This document shows, piece after piece, positions 1 to 10,683 of a DNA stretch of 64,000 nt. The translations under genes and the position numbers were made by a program. The DNA is from an uncultured bacterium (GTDB taxonomy: Bacteria; Chlamydiota; Chlamydiia; Chlamydiales; SM23-39). The first letter of the stretch is position 1, and the number at the start of each line of letters is the position of its first letter. Below the pieces are notes generated by a model. It was given only the letters and a program-made list of their open reading frames with translations, was not told the origin of the DNA and searched no databases. The stretch spans positions 640,001 through 704,000 of the forward strand of contig OY970323.1 of the NCBI GenBank assembly GCA_963716985.1, written 5' to 3'.

Positions 1-879
1 CTCTTCCCATGGATTTTGCCCTTTTTGCTTGAGGCCAAGGGCAACTCTTCCCTTCTCTTTGTCGATGCTGAGAATCACCACTTCGAGCTCATCGCCGATC
101 TTCACCATTTCGGAAGGATGGCGGATGCGTTTCCAAGTCATGTCGGTGATATGGAGAAGTCCATCGATTCCATTGAGATCCAAGAAGACGCCGAAGTCCG
201 TGATATTCTTCACGACGCCTTTTCTAAGACTTCCTTCCTGAATGGTTTCAAGAAGCTCCGATTTTCTAGACGCTCTTTCCTCTTCGAGAAGCTCTCTTCT
301 GGAAACGACGACGTTTTTACGTTCGATATTGATTTTGAGAATCTTAAAGTCATAGGTTTTTCCAAGGAAATCGTCGAGACTTTTGATTCTCTTATTGTCG
401 ATTTGCGATCCGGGCAGGAAGGCTTCGATGCCGATATCGACCATAAGGCCGCCCTTGACCTTTCGAACGACTTTCCCCTGGACAATAGAACCCTCTTTGC
501 AGTTCTTGAGTATGTGCTCCCATTGACGGAGTCGCCTTGCTTTTTCGAGCGATAGAACTACCTGTCCGTCAGATCCTTCTGCTTTGTCAAGAAGCACCTC
601 TACAATGGTGTCGAAGGCAAGTTCTTCGGGATTGACAAACTCGGATATGGGAATAAGACCCTCTGATTTCAGCCCCACATCGATAACGGCAAAGTCTTTC
701 GTAATTTCGACAATTTTACCCTTTAGGATCTGTCCGGATTTCATTGGGTTTGCGGTTTCTTTGGGAATTCCATCTTTGCGGTCAATGAGGGATTTAAAAA
801 GCTTTGCTTCTTCTTCTTGGAAGGCGACGCCGTCGAGAAAATTTGCGTTTTCTGGAATGGGGGTTGATTGTTTTGTCAT
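1..879 (-). CDS. rpsA: 30S ribosomal protein S1 (5' part; runs off window start)
   Basis: Minus-strand translation from ATG at 879: [11 protein letters not shown]...[11 protein letters not shown]...[21 protein letters not shown]...[25 protein letters not shown] (S1 repeats). Absent from the ORF track because the stop lies outside the window. Confidence 0.96.
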   Translation of the reverse strand, partial: MTKQSTPIPENANFLDGVAFQEEEAKLFKSLIDRKDGIPKETANPMKSGQILKGKIVEITKDFAVIDVGLKSEGLIPISEFVNPEELAFDTIVEVLLDKAEGSDGQVVLSLEKARRLRQWEHILKNCKEGSIVQGKVVRKVKGGLMVDIGIEAFLPGSQIDNKRIKSLDDFLGKTYDFKILKINIERKNVVVSRRELLEEERASRKSELLETIQEGSLRKGVVKNITDFGVFLDLNGIDGLLHITDMTWKRIRHPSEMVKIGDELEVVILSIDKEKGRVALGLKQKGQNPWEE

Positions 880-1307
880 TTAAGGGTTGCTCCTGTTTAT
901 AAAAAAAGAACTTCGCAAAAACTCTTTGTTTTTGCATGGGTTTTTTGATGTTTCAATGGCCAGATTTCTGGTTTTAAAGTGGTTTCATTTTAGACAAGGG
1001 AGAAATTTAAAACAAGGGGCATATGCTCAGAAAAAAATTAAAAGGTTTCTAATTATATGATCATTTGCCATAGATCAAGTCCCTTTAAAGATATTCCGGA
1101 CCATCCGGTTTTTATTTCGCAGGCTTCACTCTCCGTGAAAGTTACGGAATGTCAAAAATATTTTTTATCGAGAGATAATGTCAAAATGAATACGCCGTTG
1201 CGGCGCAATGTTAAAAATGATTGTTGCAAATTTGCTGCTTAGTATATACAGGTAATTTCGGCCTCAGGCAGAAGAGGCGCCTCTATGGCTTTTGAGTTGT
1301 AAAATTT

Positions 1308-3215
1308 ATGAAGAGTCAGCGCGTTTTAGAGATCGAGTTCCCTGAAATCGAAACCTCGTCAGAAATGGGGGTGCATTCGAAGGAAAAGATCCGATCGCTT
1401 TTATCTTCGATTTTTCCGGAAGAATTCTTCCATCTGGACAATCAAAAGGAATTTGTCGAGCAGCATTTTCCCATCATCCAATCAAAAGAAGGATCGTCTT
1501 CGATCTCTATCACTCTCCTGTGCCGGCAGAGAATGAACGTGGGTCATTTCTTCTACGACATGGTCAGCCGATGGCTTGTTCCGAATAAACGATTGAACGT
1601 GGATTTTTTCTTTTGCGTGGATTTTCATATGCCGAAAATCTCTTTCGATTTATGGACTTTGGCGGAAGCTTTCATTTCGATCCGAGACGAAACAGAGAGA
1701 GGGGAAATTCAAAGAAATATTAAAAATTTGGAAACGGAAATCAGGCTCGGAGTGATTTCAGACTACCATGCAAGCCGGGTCATGGAGTTCAAAGGGCTGC
1801 CGTCCGATCGCAAGACGATGATGATCCAGGAAAAGATCGGATCGTTGATGAAGTCAAGGCCGCAGGACTTCGGCAGAAGCATCTTTACTCAGATGCAGCA
1901 TTTTCTGGTCACGTGTAGAGAAGATTTTAAAGCCATTCGAGACCCCCACCACATCAGCCGGCTCATTTCCGTGATTTATTACACCAGAAAGGGAATCAAG
2001 GAACGGTTGGAAAAAGAGCCCAATCAGCGGCATATTGCTGTCAAATTTTTCAAAACGCGTTTGCATTTTCCCGAGAGAGATAAGATTGTTTTAGGGGTAC
2101 TCGTGGGGCTCAACTTCTTGAGCGAAAGAGAAATTTTTGGAAAAGATCATCTGATGCAGGTGATTGAAAGCCATCAGCCGCAAGTGCAGATGATCGAAAA
2201 CTCCTTTTTTATCGACCGCAATAACAAAAGTTCGATTCAGACGATCTATCTGGAAATCGAAAAGAAGGAGTATGCAGAATTTACCTCCGAGCAGGTACGG
2301 ATCCTTCGCGACGCTCTTCTTGGCAGTTTGCGGGGAGCCATTGAACAGTTGGTCCATCCGGTCTTCATGCCGAGAAATGAAGAGGAGATTGTCCGTAGTA
2401 TCATGACGCTTTCCCGGCAGATTCGCTACGTTCAGGACATCCCGCAGCTGATCATTAATTTCGATCAACAGACAAGAGAGGAGCTTTCCTTTACGATCGT
2501 ACTTCTAAGGGTCCTGAGAGCCGAGTCGGAGCCGATTTTAAAGATTTTATCGAGAGCGCGTTCGAATTTGCGCCTTTCTTTGGATCGGGTCAAAAAGGTC
2601 GGCCTTTTGCGCCGGCGGCATTATAAAGAAGCGAGCGTTCTTCGTGCGGTTTTTGCGGGAGAGCCCTTCTTGCGGGCCGACCATAGCGTGGATCTGAATC
2701 AGGCAAGAAATTTTGTCCTTTCCGAACTGATGCATCTTTTTGGCGAAGTGAGAGATTATAATGGCGGGATGATCGGCAAGCAGAATCAGGTCTATCGAAC
2801 TTTTAAGGAAGAGCTTGGGGTGCTAGCCGAAAAACACCAGATTCTTTTAGAAAAATTCTTCTATTCTGTGTTGCCGGTCGAGATGATCTTGACGCGGCCG
2901 TCGGAACCTTTAAAGAGCCTTTTTTTAATGCTCGTCAATGCCGTCAATCGAGAGGAAAACCGTATCCGCAAACGAAGCGACTGGCTCTTTAAGCAGGAAG
3001 CAAAAGCCGTTTATGTGATCGTTCCTCTTTATGACTCTACAAAAAAGAAAAAGCTGATGGAGACGATGGAAGAGCTGAACTTCCTCTCTTCGGAAGTGAT
3101 CTCTTTTGATATTTCTCTTCATGATGCGAGCTACGTGGGCTACGTCTATTTTTGTTCCGATATTATCCGTCAAAAAAACTTCTTAAAACAGATCCAGCAA
3201 GCGCTTGACTTTTGA
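1308..3215 (+). CDS. Hypothetical protein, 635 aa
   Basis: Long ORF with normal composition; no motif I can assign confidently. Confidence 0.8.
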   Translation: MKSQRVLEIEFPEIETSSEMGVHSKEKIRSLLSSIFPEEFFHLDNQKEFVEQHFPIIQSKEGSSSISITLLCRQRMNVGHFFYDMVSRWLVPNKRLNVDFFFCVDFHMPKISFDLWTLAEAFISIRDETERGEIQRNIKNLETEIRLGVISDYHASRVMEFKGLPSDRKTMMIQEKIGSLMKSRPQDFGRSIFTQMQHFLVTCREDFKAIRDPHHISRLISVIYYTRKGIKERLEKEPNQRHIAVKFFKTRLHFPERDKIVLGVLVGLNFLSEREIFGKDHLMQVIESHQPQVQMIENSFFIDRNNKSSIQTIYLEIEKKEYAEFTSEQVRILRDALLGSLRGAIEQLVHPVFMPRNEEEIVRSIMTLSRQIRYVQDIPQLIINFDQQTREELSFTIVLLRVLRAESEPILKILSRARSNLRLSLDRVKKVGLLRRRHYKEASVLRAVFAGEPFLRADHSVDLNQARNFVLSELMHLFGEVRDYNGGMIGKQNQVYRTFKEELGVLAEKHQILLEKFFYSVLPVEMILTRPSEPLKSLFLMLVNAVNREENRIRKRSDWLFKQEAKAVYVIVPLYDSTKKKKLMETMEELNFLSSEVISFDISLHDASYVGYVYFCSDIIRQKNFLKQIQQALDF

Positions 3216-3260
3216 CCTTGTTAAAAGATAAGGTAGAGAGACAAAAATGAGCTGGTTTCT

Positions 3261-3935
3261 ATGCCTGGGAAAAAAGTTTGCGTGGCAGCATCAATGTTAT
3301 CGGCGGATTTCGGCCATTTGGCCGATGAGGCAAAACGCATTGAAGATGCGGGAGCGGACGCCATTCATATCGATGTGATGGATGGACAGTTTGTTCCCAA
3401 CCTAACTCTTGGCCCTCGCGCAGTTGAAGCGATCAACCGTTCTTGCGGCCTCTTTTTAGACGTCCATTTAATGATCTATAATCCTTTTGATTACCTCGAG
3501 CGATTCATAGAGGCCGGCGCCGATCTAATCACCTTTCATTTTGAAGCAACGGAAGATGTGGAAGAGACTCTTAAGTTTATCCGCAAATGCGGGAAAAAGG
3601 CGGGACTTGCCTTCAATCCGGAGACCTCTTTTTCCATGGCGGCTTCCTATATTGCCCAATGCGATCTGTTGCTGTTCATGACGGTTCATCCGGGATTTGG
3701 GGGTCAAAAGTTCATGAAAGAGGTCGTGACAAAAATTCGAAAAACACACGATCTTTGCAAGAAGATGCCGGGAGGAAAGAAGGCTCCCGATATTCAAGTG
3801 GATGGCGGGATCAATCCAAAGACCGCAAAAGCCTGTGTTTTGGCCGGGGCCAATTGTTTAGTGGCGGGACACTATCTGTTTAGCCAGCCCGACATGAAAG
3901 CAGCAATCGAAGAGCTAAAGGGCTGTGGTTTGTGA
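3261..3935 (+). CDS. rpe: Ribulose-phosphate 3-epimerase
   Basis: SMLSADF, HIDVMDGQFVPNLT, DVHLMI, MTVHPGFGGQ and VDGGIN motifs. Confidence 0.97.
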   Translation: MPGKKVCVAASMLSADFGHLADEAKRIEDAGADAIHIDVMDGQFVPNLTLGPRAVEAINRSCGLFLDVHLMIYNPFDYLERFIEAGADLITFHFEATEDVEETLKFIRKCGKKAGLAFNPETSFSMAASYIAQCDLLLFMTVHPGFGGQKFMKEVVTKIRKTHDLCKKMPGGKKAPDIQVDGGINPKTAKACVLAGANCLVAGHYLFSQPDMKAAIEELKGCGL

Positions 3936-3955
3936 AGAGAGAAAGAAAAGGCTCG

Positions 3956-4921
3956 ATGCAAAAGAAGGTGGTCGTCATAGGCGGGGGAACCGGGAATTTC
4001 GTCGTTCTGAAGGGGTTGAAAAAATATGAGGTGGAACTCTCCGCCATCGTTTCTATGGCCGATAGCGGCGGAAGTACCGGCATATTGCGCGATGAGCTTG
4101 GAGTTTTGCCCCCGGGCGATGTGAGGCAGTGTCTGGTAGCCCTTTCCAATTCCAGCCGTTTGATGCGCGATCTGATGAACTATCGTTTTGAAAATGGCAA
4201 TTTAGAGGGGCATAGTTTTGGCAATCTTCTTTTGTCTGCATTAGAAAAGGTTGCAGGAAGTTTTGAAAAGGCAGTAGAAGAGGCCGGAAAAATTCTTTCG
4301 ATTCGCGGCAAGGTCATTCCGGTTACGACCAATCAAGTGCATCTGAAAATGATTTTGAATAATCGAAGAGTTTTAGAGGGCGAAGGGGAGATCTATCTTT
4401 CTCGGGAGATCGACCAGGGATACAAAAGCATCTATTTAGAACCCTATCCCAAGGTCAATCCTCATGTGATCGCCGAGATCATGAGCGCCGATCTCATCGT
4501 GATTGGCCCCGGGGGGATTTATACTTCGATCATCCCCAATCTTCTTGTGGAAGGAGTCAGCGAAGCATTAAAATCTTCTTCCGCGAAGAAGGTGTTTGTC
4601 GTGAATTTGATGAATCGAAAAGGACAGACGACCGGATGGAAGGTCAGCCATAACCTGCAAAAACTTGTGCAATTTATCGGGGAAGATATTTTTGACTATC
4701 TTCTGGTAAATAAGAGCTTGCCTCCAAAAGAGCTCATCGATGTTTATTCTGAAGAGGGGGAGCTGATAGAAAACGATCTGGAGGATTCCCGCATCATTCT
4801 TTCCGATCTTATAGGGGCTCTGTCGACAGGAATGAAAAACGATCTGATGAGAAGGAATTTGATACGGCACGATTCAAAAAAATTGGCAAAGGAGTTGATC
4901 AACATTGTTAATACTCTTTGA
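3956..4921 (+). CDS. YvcK / gluconeogenesis factor (UPF0052, CofD-like) family protein
   Basis: VVVIGGGTG, ADSGGSTGILR, PPGDVRQCL, GHSFGNL and GPGGIYTSIIPNL motifs. Confidence 0.92.
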   Translation: MQKKVVVIGGGTGNFVVLKGLKKYEVELSAIVSMADSGGSTGILRDELGVLPPGDVRQCLVALSNSSRLMRDLMNYRFENGNLEGHSFGNLLLSALEKVAGSFEKAVEEAGKILSIRGKVIPVTTNQVHLKMILNNRRVLEGEGEIYLSREIDQGYKSIYLEPYPKVNPHVIAEIMSADLIVIGPGGIYTSIIPNLLVEGVSEALKSSSAKKVFVVNLMNRKGQTTGWKVSHNLQKLVQFIGEDIFDYLLVNKSLPPKELIDVYSEEGELIENDLEDSRIILSDLIGALSTGMKNDLMRRNLIRHDSKKLAKELINIVNTL

Positions 4922-5600
4922 TTTGGATGATACTTTGATCGATACATCGGGATCGATCACTCCTTATCGCTTACGCGAGATCATAAGTTTCTTATTAAAA
5001 AAGGGCGCTTCCATTCCTTCCTTTGAAGAAGCTTTTTTAAAACTTCAGAACATTGCAGAACAGACCGATGGCACTGAGGAAGCGGTAAAGAAGTTTCTTG
5101 AACTCTATGGATCAAGCGGTTTTTTTTCGCCTGTTTGCGAGCTTTTGCAGGCCCCTTTGCCGCAGGGTTTCGAAGTTCTCTTATGTCCCGGTGCCAAAAA
5201 GATCCTTCAAGATTTACATCCCTTTCACGATCTTGCACTTGTAACAAGAGGTTTTAGAGATCTTCAGAGACAAAAATGGGAAAAAGCTGGTCTAGAACCT
5301 TCTCTTTTTTGTAAAATTATCGTTGTTGACCCAATGGACAGGGCCGGCAAAAAAAAGGCTTATGAAGATCTGACCAGAGAGAAGAAGAAAACAAACAAAG
5401 AAGTCCTTGTTTGCGCAGATCATATTCTCAGAGATCTTCTCCCCGCGAAAGAACTGGGGTTTTGGACTGTTTTGATGCAGTGGGGGAAGGGGAAGCGATG
5501 GAAAGAACATTTAGAAAACGTAGACTTTGCCATCGGCCATTTACGGGAACTCGAAGTAATCGTTGATCAATTCGAAAAAAGGATGAATAAAACTTTATGA
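4905..5600 (+). CDS. HAD-superfamily hydrolase
   Basis: N-terminal FDLDDTLID motif I; motif IV-like DHILRDLLPAKELG. Confidence 0.85.
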   Translation: MLILFDLDDTLIDTSGSITPYRLREIISFLLKKGASIPSFEEAFLKLQNIAEQTDGTEEAVKKFLELYGSSGFFSPVCELLQAPLPQGFEVLLCPGAKKILQDLHPFHDLALVTRGFRDLQRQKWEKAGLEPSLFCKIIVVDPMDRAGKKKAYEDLTREKKKTNKEVLVCADHILRDLLPAKELGFWTVLMQWGKGKRWKEHLENVDFAIGHLRELEVIVDQFEKRMNKTL

Positions 5601-6154
5601 TTACAAGCAATCAAATCACTCCCGGTATGACGATTCGCGTAGATTCCACGATCTATCGTGTGGAATCAAGCGTTAAAGTGACGGCAGCAAAGGGATCTCC
5701 TTTTGTGAAGACGAAGCTCCGCGATTTGACAAACGATAATGTGATCGAAAAGAATTTTAAGCTGAATCAAAACGTCGAAGAGGTTTTTTTAGAGGAGCAC
5801 CATCTGGAGTTTCTCTATCCTGAAGGAAAAAATTATCTTTTTCTGGATGTGGATAATTTGGAAAAAATCAAGGTTCCCTCTGCTGTTTTGAACGCAGCGA
5901 TCCATTACTTAAAAGAAGGGATTCAAGTAAAAGCTCTTTTTTATAGCGATACGATTTTTTCGGTGGAGCTTCCTCAATTCTTGGAACTCATGGTGGTGAA
6001 AACGGAAGCGAAAGAAGAGAAAGGGGTTGCCACCGGCAGTACCAAGCGTGCTGTTTTAGAGACGGGAGCGGCCATTGAAGTGCCCCTTTTTATTGAGTCC
6101 GGAGATATTATTAAAGTAGATGTTCATGCCAACGGGTATATTCAACGAGTATAA
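5597..6154 (+). CDS. efp: Elongation factor P family protein
   Basis: EFLYPEGKNYLFLD, KRAVLETGAAIEVPLFIESGDIIKVD; chlamydial rpe-efp-accB-accC order. Confidence 0.93.
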   Translation: MITSNQITPGMTIRVDSTIYRVESSVKVTAAKGSPFVKTKLRDLTNDNVIEKNFKLNQNVEEVFLEEHHLEFLYPEGKNYLFLDVDNLEKIKVPSAVLNAAIHYLKEGIQVKALFYSDTIFSVELPQFLELMVVKTEAKEEKGVATGSTKRAVLETGAAIEVPLFIESGDIIKVDVHANGYIQRV

Positions 6155-6170
6155 AGCGATAGGGGGTCAT

Positions 6171-6611
6171 GTGGAATTAAAAGAAGTGAAGGAGTGGATT
6201 GCTCTTCTGGAAAAGAGCAGCTTAAAAAAGCTGCACTGGAAACAAGGGGACTCGGAACTTTCGCTAGAAAAGGGAAACGAGGGCGAGCTTTTTTTTGAAA
6301 AACCGGCAATGGCTCTCTCGCAGCATGGGGAAAAGATTGCATCTGCTCTTCCTTCAAGCGCAAAGCAAGAGTCAAAAGGCACCTTTATCACATCTCCCAT
6401 GGTAGGAACCTTCTATTCCACTCCGGCTCCCGATAAGCCTCCTTTTGTAAAAAAGGGAGATCGAGTGAGCAAAGATCAGATTGTCTGTATTGTAGAAGCC
6501 ATGAAAGTGATGAATGAGGTAAAAGCGGGCGTGAATGGAACGATTGTGGAGATTCTTTGCGACCATGCACAGCCCGTGGAATTTGGTACGAAACTCTTTA
6601 GGGTCGAATGA
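6171..6611 (+). CDS. accB: Acetyl-CoA carboxylase biotin carboxyl carrier protein
   Basis: SPMVGTFY and the biotinylation motif EAMKVMNE; GTG start after a GGGGG RBS-like stretch. Confidence 0.96.
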   Translation: MELKEVKEWIALLEKSSLKKLHWKQGDSELSLEKGNEGELFFEKPAMALSQHGEKIASALPSSAKQESKGTFITSPMVGTFYSTPAPDKPPFVKKGDRVSKDQIVCIVEAMKVMNEVKAGVNGTIVEILCDHAQPVEFGTKLFRVE

Positions 6612-7978
6612 AAGTTTTAATTGCAAATCGAGGGGAGATAGCGGTTCGCATTATTCGGGCCTGCCATGACTTAGGACTTCAAACGGTGGCGGTCTATTCT
6701 GAAATCGATGCGGAAGCTCTCCATGTTCTTTTAGCCGATGAAGCCATTTGTATTGGGGAGGCTCCTTCGAGTAAATCTTACTTGAAAATTTCGTCGATTC
6801 TCGCCGCTTGCGAAATCACGGGGGCGGATGCCATTCACCCGGGGTATGGATTTCATAGCGAAAATGCAAATTTTGCCTCCATTTGCGAGAGCTGCGGTTT
6901 GATTTTCATTGGACCTCCTTCCCGGGCGATTGCCCTTCTGGGAGATAAAGCAGAGGCGAAGAAGTTGGCCAGAAGCGCGAAAGTGCCGGTGATCCCCGGA
7001 TCTGACGGTGCGGTCAAAGATGTGAGTGTCGCTCTGAAAGAGGCAAGGCGAATGGGATTTCCCATTTTCATCAAAGCCGTTGCCGGAGGGGGGGGCAAAG
7101 GGATACGCATTGCTCTTTCTGAAGAGGAGTTTGTGAAGCAGTTCATCGCGGCCCAAACGGAAGCGGAAGTAAATTTCAATAATCCCGAGGTCTATATCGA
7201 AAAAATGATCCAGCATCCGCGCCATGTAGAGGTGCAGATCATCGGGGACAAATATGGAAACTTTGTCCAGCTCGGCGAAAGGGATTGTTCGACGCAGAGA
7301 AGAAGACAGAAGCTTATTGAAGAGACTCCTTGCCCTATATTAACATCGTCTCTCCGCAAAAAGATGGGAGAAGCTGCTATCCATTTAGCCAAAGAGGCAA
7401 AATACCATTCGGTGGGGACTGTTGAGTTTCTGGTCGATAGTGAAAAAAATTTCTATTTCATGGAGATGAATACCCGCATTCAGGTGGAACATACGATTAC
7501 GGAAGAGGTGACGGGGCTCGATCTGGTAGTGGAGCAGATTCGCATAGCTCTTGGTGAAAAGCTCTCTTTTCGACAAAAAGACGTCCAGTTTCAAGGCCAT
7601 GTTTTTGAGTTCCGCATCAATGCGGAAGATCCAAAAAATCAATTCACGCCATCTCCGGGGAAACTCGAGTATTACATCGTCCCGGGAGGTCCTCATGTTC
7701 GTTTGGATAGCGCTTGTTATTCAGGATATACGATTCCTCCGAATTATGACTCCCTTATCGCCAAATTGATCGTGAAGGGAAGAAATCGAAGCGAAGCTAT
7801 TGAGATTGCCAAAAGAGCCTTGAGAGAGTTTCACATCACCGGAGTTTTTTCTACCATTCCCTTTCACCTCTACATGTTAGAGGACAAGCGTTTCTTGGAA
7901 AATGATTATACGCTGAGCTATGTGGATTCGCTGATTGCAGAGGGGTGTCTTTTTTCTCATTCTCAAAATGAGAAGTAA
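6608..7978 (+). CDS. accC: Acetyl-CoA carboxylase biotin carboxylase
   Basis: KVLIANRGEIAVR, HPGYGF, GGGGKG and EMNTRIQVEH motifs. Confidence 0.98.
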   Translation: MKVLIANRGEIAVRIIRACHDLGLQTVAVYSEIDAEALHVLLADEAICIGEAPSSKSYLKISSILAACEITGADAIHPGYGFHSENANFASICESCGLIFIGPPSRAIALLGDKAEAKKLARSAKVPVIPGSDGAVKDVSVALKEARRMGFPIFIKAVAGGGGKGIRIALSEEEFVKQFIAAQTEAEVNFNNPEVYIEKMIQHPRHVEVQIIGDKYGNFVQLGERDCSTQRRRQKLIEETPCPILTSSLRKKMGEAAIHLAKEAKYHSVGTVEFLVDSEKNFYFMEMNTRIQVEHTITEEVTGLDLVVEQIRIALGEKLSFRQKDVQFQGHVFEFRINAEDPKNQFTPSPGKLEYYIVPGGPHVRLDSACYSGYTIPPNYDSLIAKLIVKGRNRSEAIEIAKRALREFHITGVFSTIPFHLYMLEDKRFLENDYTLSYVDSLIAEGCLFSHSQNEK

Positions 7979-7999
7979 GCGGGGGCTCCACGGAATTTT

Positions 8000-8875
8000 A
8001 TGAGAAAGGGAATCATCTTGGCGGGAGGAAGCGGATCTCGTCTTTTCCCCGCAACTCTGGCCATCTCGAAACAGCTTCTTCCGGTTTTCGACAAACCGAT
8101 GATCTATTATCCGCTCTCCATTTTGATGCTTGCGAACGTACGGGAGATCCTCATCATCTCCACACCGGAAGATCTGCCGCGCTTTCAAAAGCTTTTTCGC
8201 GACGGATCTCATTTGGGCCTCCGTTTTTCTTACGCCGAGCAGGCAAAGCCCGAAGGGCTTGCACAGGCTTTTCTCATTGGAAAAGAGTTTATCGGGAAGG
8301 GAGACGTTCTTTTAATCCTGGGCGACAATATCTTTTACGGCCACGATCTTCCACGCTTTTTAAAAGACAGCATGCTGGCGCATAAAGAGGGCGGGCTTAT
8401 TTTTGCCTATCGGGTGCAAGATCCCGAGCGATATGGAGTGGTGGCCTTTGATTCGAAGGGACAAGTGGAATCGATTGAAGAAAAGCCGAAAAAGCCCAAA
8501 TCTTCTTTTGCAATTCCCGGGATCTACCTCTATGATAACGAAGTGGTCCGTATCGCAGAATCTTTGACTCCATCTAAAAGAGGCGAATTAGAAATTACCG
8601 ATATCCATCGCGCCTATCTTCGAAAGGGAAAGCTGCAGGTGAAAGTATTGGGGCGGGGTTATGCCTGGCTCGACGCAGGAACGCACGATGCTCTGCAAAG
8701 GGCGGCCCTTTTTGTCCAAACGATTGAGGAGAGACAGGGTATCAAGATTGCATGCATTGAAGAAATTGCCTATCAGATGGGTTATGTCAAAGAAGAAGAG
8801 CTTCGCTCGCTGACAATGCCCCTGCAGGGCACAGACTATGGACGTTATCTCGAGCGTCTTTTAAAAAAAGATTAG
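8000..8875 (+). CDS. rfbA: Glucose-1-phosphate thymidylyltransferase
   Basis: GIILAGGSGSRLFP, SKQLLPVFDKPMIYYPLS, LGDNIFYG, RGELEITD and WLDAGT motifs. Confidence 0.97.
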   Translation: MRKGIILAGGSGSRLFPATLAISKQLLPVFDKPMIYYPLSILMLANVREILIISTPEDLPRFQKLFRDGSHLGLRFSYAEQAKPEGLAQAFLIGKEFIGKGDVLLILGDNIFYGHDLPRFLKDSMLAHKEGGLIFAYRVQDPERYGVVAFDSKGQVESIEEKPKKPKSSFAIPGIYLYDNEVVRIAESLTPSKRGELEITDIHRAYLRKGKLQVKVLGRGYAWLDAGTHDALQRAALFVQTIEERQGIKIACIEEIAYQMGYVKEEELRSLTMPLQGTDYGRYLERLLKKD

Positions 8876-9552
8876 AAATTCTGTAAGTATCTTGTCTTAT
8901 TATAGTAATGAAAAATCTCATCGGCGATCAGATCGGGATCATCGACGAGGCGAAAGAGAGCAAAATCTTCCTTAGAGATATTTCCTTTTGCTAAGACCGT
9001 TTTCTGTATCCAATCTACGAGTCCTTTCCAATAATCTGATCCAACAAGAAAGACGGGGAATTTTTTGGTCTTTTTGGTCTGGATCAGGTTAAGTGCTTCA
9101 AAAAGCTCATCGATCGTTCCAAAACCCCCGGGCATGACGACAAAGGCTTGTGCATATTTTACGAACATCACCTTGCGAATAAAGAAATGGCGAAATTTTA
9201 AAAGATGTGTTTTGTCGATAAAATCGTTGGGTTTTTCTTCATAGGGAAGATCGATGCAAAGACCGCAAGATTTGCCGCCCACTTCCTTGGCCCCTTTATT
9301 GGCAGCTTCCATGATGCCAAAGCTGCCGCCCGTGGTAATGGTAAATCCCTTTTTTGCAATTTTTTGTGCCAATATTCGGGCCATTTCATAATAGGGATCA
9401 TCAGGGCCTTTTGCGACAGAAGATCCGAAGACGGCGACGGAAGGTCCGATGGTATGCATGACCTCCGTGCTGTCGACAAATTCCGCGATGATTCGAAAAA
9501 TGCGCCACATTTCTGTGGAATAACTATCTTGATTGGGCATCTCTTCGTTCAT
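8872..9552 (-). CDS. LOG family (TIGR00730-type) nucleotide phosphoribohydrolase
   Basis: TGGSFGIMEAANKGA, FFIRKVMFVK and PGGFGTIDE (PGGxGTxxE) motifs. Confidence 0.92.
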   Translation of the reverse strand: MNEEMPNQDSYSTEMWRIFRIIAEFVDSTEVMHTIGPSVAVFGSSVAKGPDDPYYEMARILAQKIAKKGFTITTGGSFGIMEAANKGAKEVGGKSCGLCIDLPYEEKPNDFIDKTHLLKFRHFFIRKVMFVKYAQAFVVMPGGFGTIDELFEALNLIQTKKTKKFPVFLVGSDYWKGLVDWIQKTVLAKGNISKEDFALFRLVDDPDLIADEIFHYYNKTRYLQNF

Positions 9553-10448
9553 AAAAATAATCTTTTTTTTCTTTTTTGATAGGGAAAGCTTGCCTGTTTT
9601 CCGGAAGCGACTTCGTGAAGATTTTCAATTGCTAAGAAGGCTGAAGGATCTTCTCCAAGCACGATTTCCTTGAGTTCGGCAAGATCGAGTCTTTCGATGA
9701 TGATGTAGAGGATTTCTCGATCTTCTCCAGAAAATCCCCCGATTCCTCGAATAATCGTCATTCCCAAACCAAGCTTATGGGTGACGAGTTCTTTGATTTG
9801 TCTGGGTTTCTGCGTAATGATGAGCACCGACTTCATCTCTTCCAACCCCTCGATCACTATATCGATCATCTTAAATGCGACAATATATGTCATCAAGGAT
9901 TGCAGTGCGCTGTGCCAATCGGAAAATAAAAGTCCGTAGGCAAGAAAAACAAAGACGTTAATAAAAAGGACGAATTGCCCAACCGTAAAGCCCAATTTTC
10001 GATTAATGATGATGCCAAGAATTTCGGTACCATCGGTACACCCGCCGCTTCGTATGATCAAGCCAACTCCGATTCCGAGCAAAGCTCCGCCAAAGACGAT
10101 GATTTCGAGGATATCCCCCTCGAAGGGAGAGATGCTCTCTAGCAAGGAAAGAAAAAGGGCGAATAAAAGAACGGCGAGAAACATTTGCAAAACAAAGGAC
10201 TTGCGAATGTATTTGTAAGCCAGAAAGAGGAAGGGCAGGTTTAAAGCAATGAGAAAATAGGAGAGGTAATGGCTGCCCAAAAGCCTTCCAAAAATCAAAG
10301 AGATGCCAACGACTCCGCCATCAATCAGGTGGTTGGGAAAGAGAAAAACTCGGATGGCAAGCGCCGCTAAAAAAGTGCCAAGTGTGATACCGATAAAACT
10401 TTTGGTAAAAATCCAAAGAGATTTTTTTGAGACAAACGTATTTGACAT
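9549..10448 (-). CDS. YitT family membrane protein
   Basis: LIDGGVVGIS, GGCTDGTEI and C-terminal DPSAFL; several TM segments. Confidence 0.9.
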   Translation of the reverse strand: MSNTFVSKKSLWIFTKSFIGITLGTFLAALAIRVFLFPNHLIDGGVVGISLIFGRLLGSHYLSYFLIALNLPFLFLAYKYIRKSFVLQMFLAVLLFALFLSLLESISPFEGDILEIIVFGGALLGIGVGLIIRSGGCTDGTEILGIIINRKLGFTVGQFVLFINVFVFLAYGLLFSDWHSALQSLMTYIVAFKMIDIVIEGLEEMKSVLIITQKPRQIKELVTHKLGLGMTIIRGIGGFSGEDREILYIIIERLDLAELKEIVLGEDPSAFLAIENLHEVASGKQASFPYQKRKKRLFL

Positions 10449-10472
10449 TACTTCCTATTTCAAGAAAAGATG

Positions 10473-10546
<74 letters not shown>

Positions 10547-10561
10547 ATCCATAGTACTTTT

Positions 10562-10634
10562 TGGGCGCAACAGGACTCGAACCTATGACAACCTGTGTGT
10601 AAGACAGGAGCTCTACCAGCTGAGCTATACGCCC
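10562..10634 (-). tRNA. tRNA-Val(TAC)
   Basis: GGGCGTA...TGCGCCC acceptor stem, anticodon loop CTTACAC, T-loop GGTTCGAGTCC. Confidence 0.97.
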
Positions 10635-10683
10635 ATAAAAGAAGGTATAACTTATCACCTTATAGGATTTCCTGCAAGGGCTT

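Noticed and set aside
16..883. Plus-strand ORFs 16-555 and 584-883
   Set aside because: Antisense shadows of rpsA on the minus strand.
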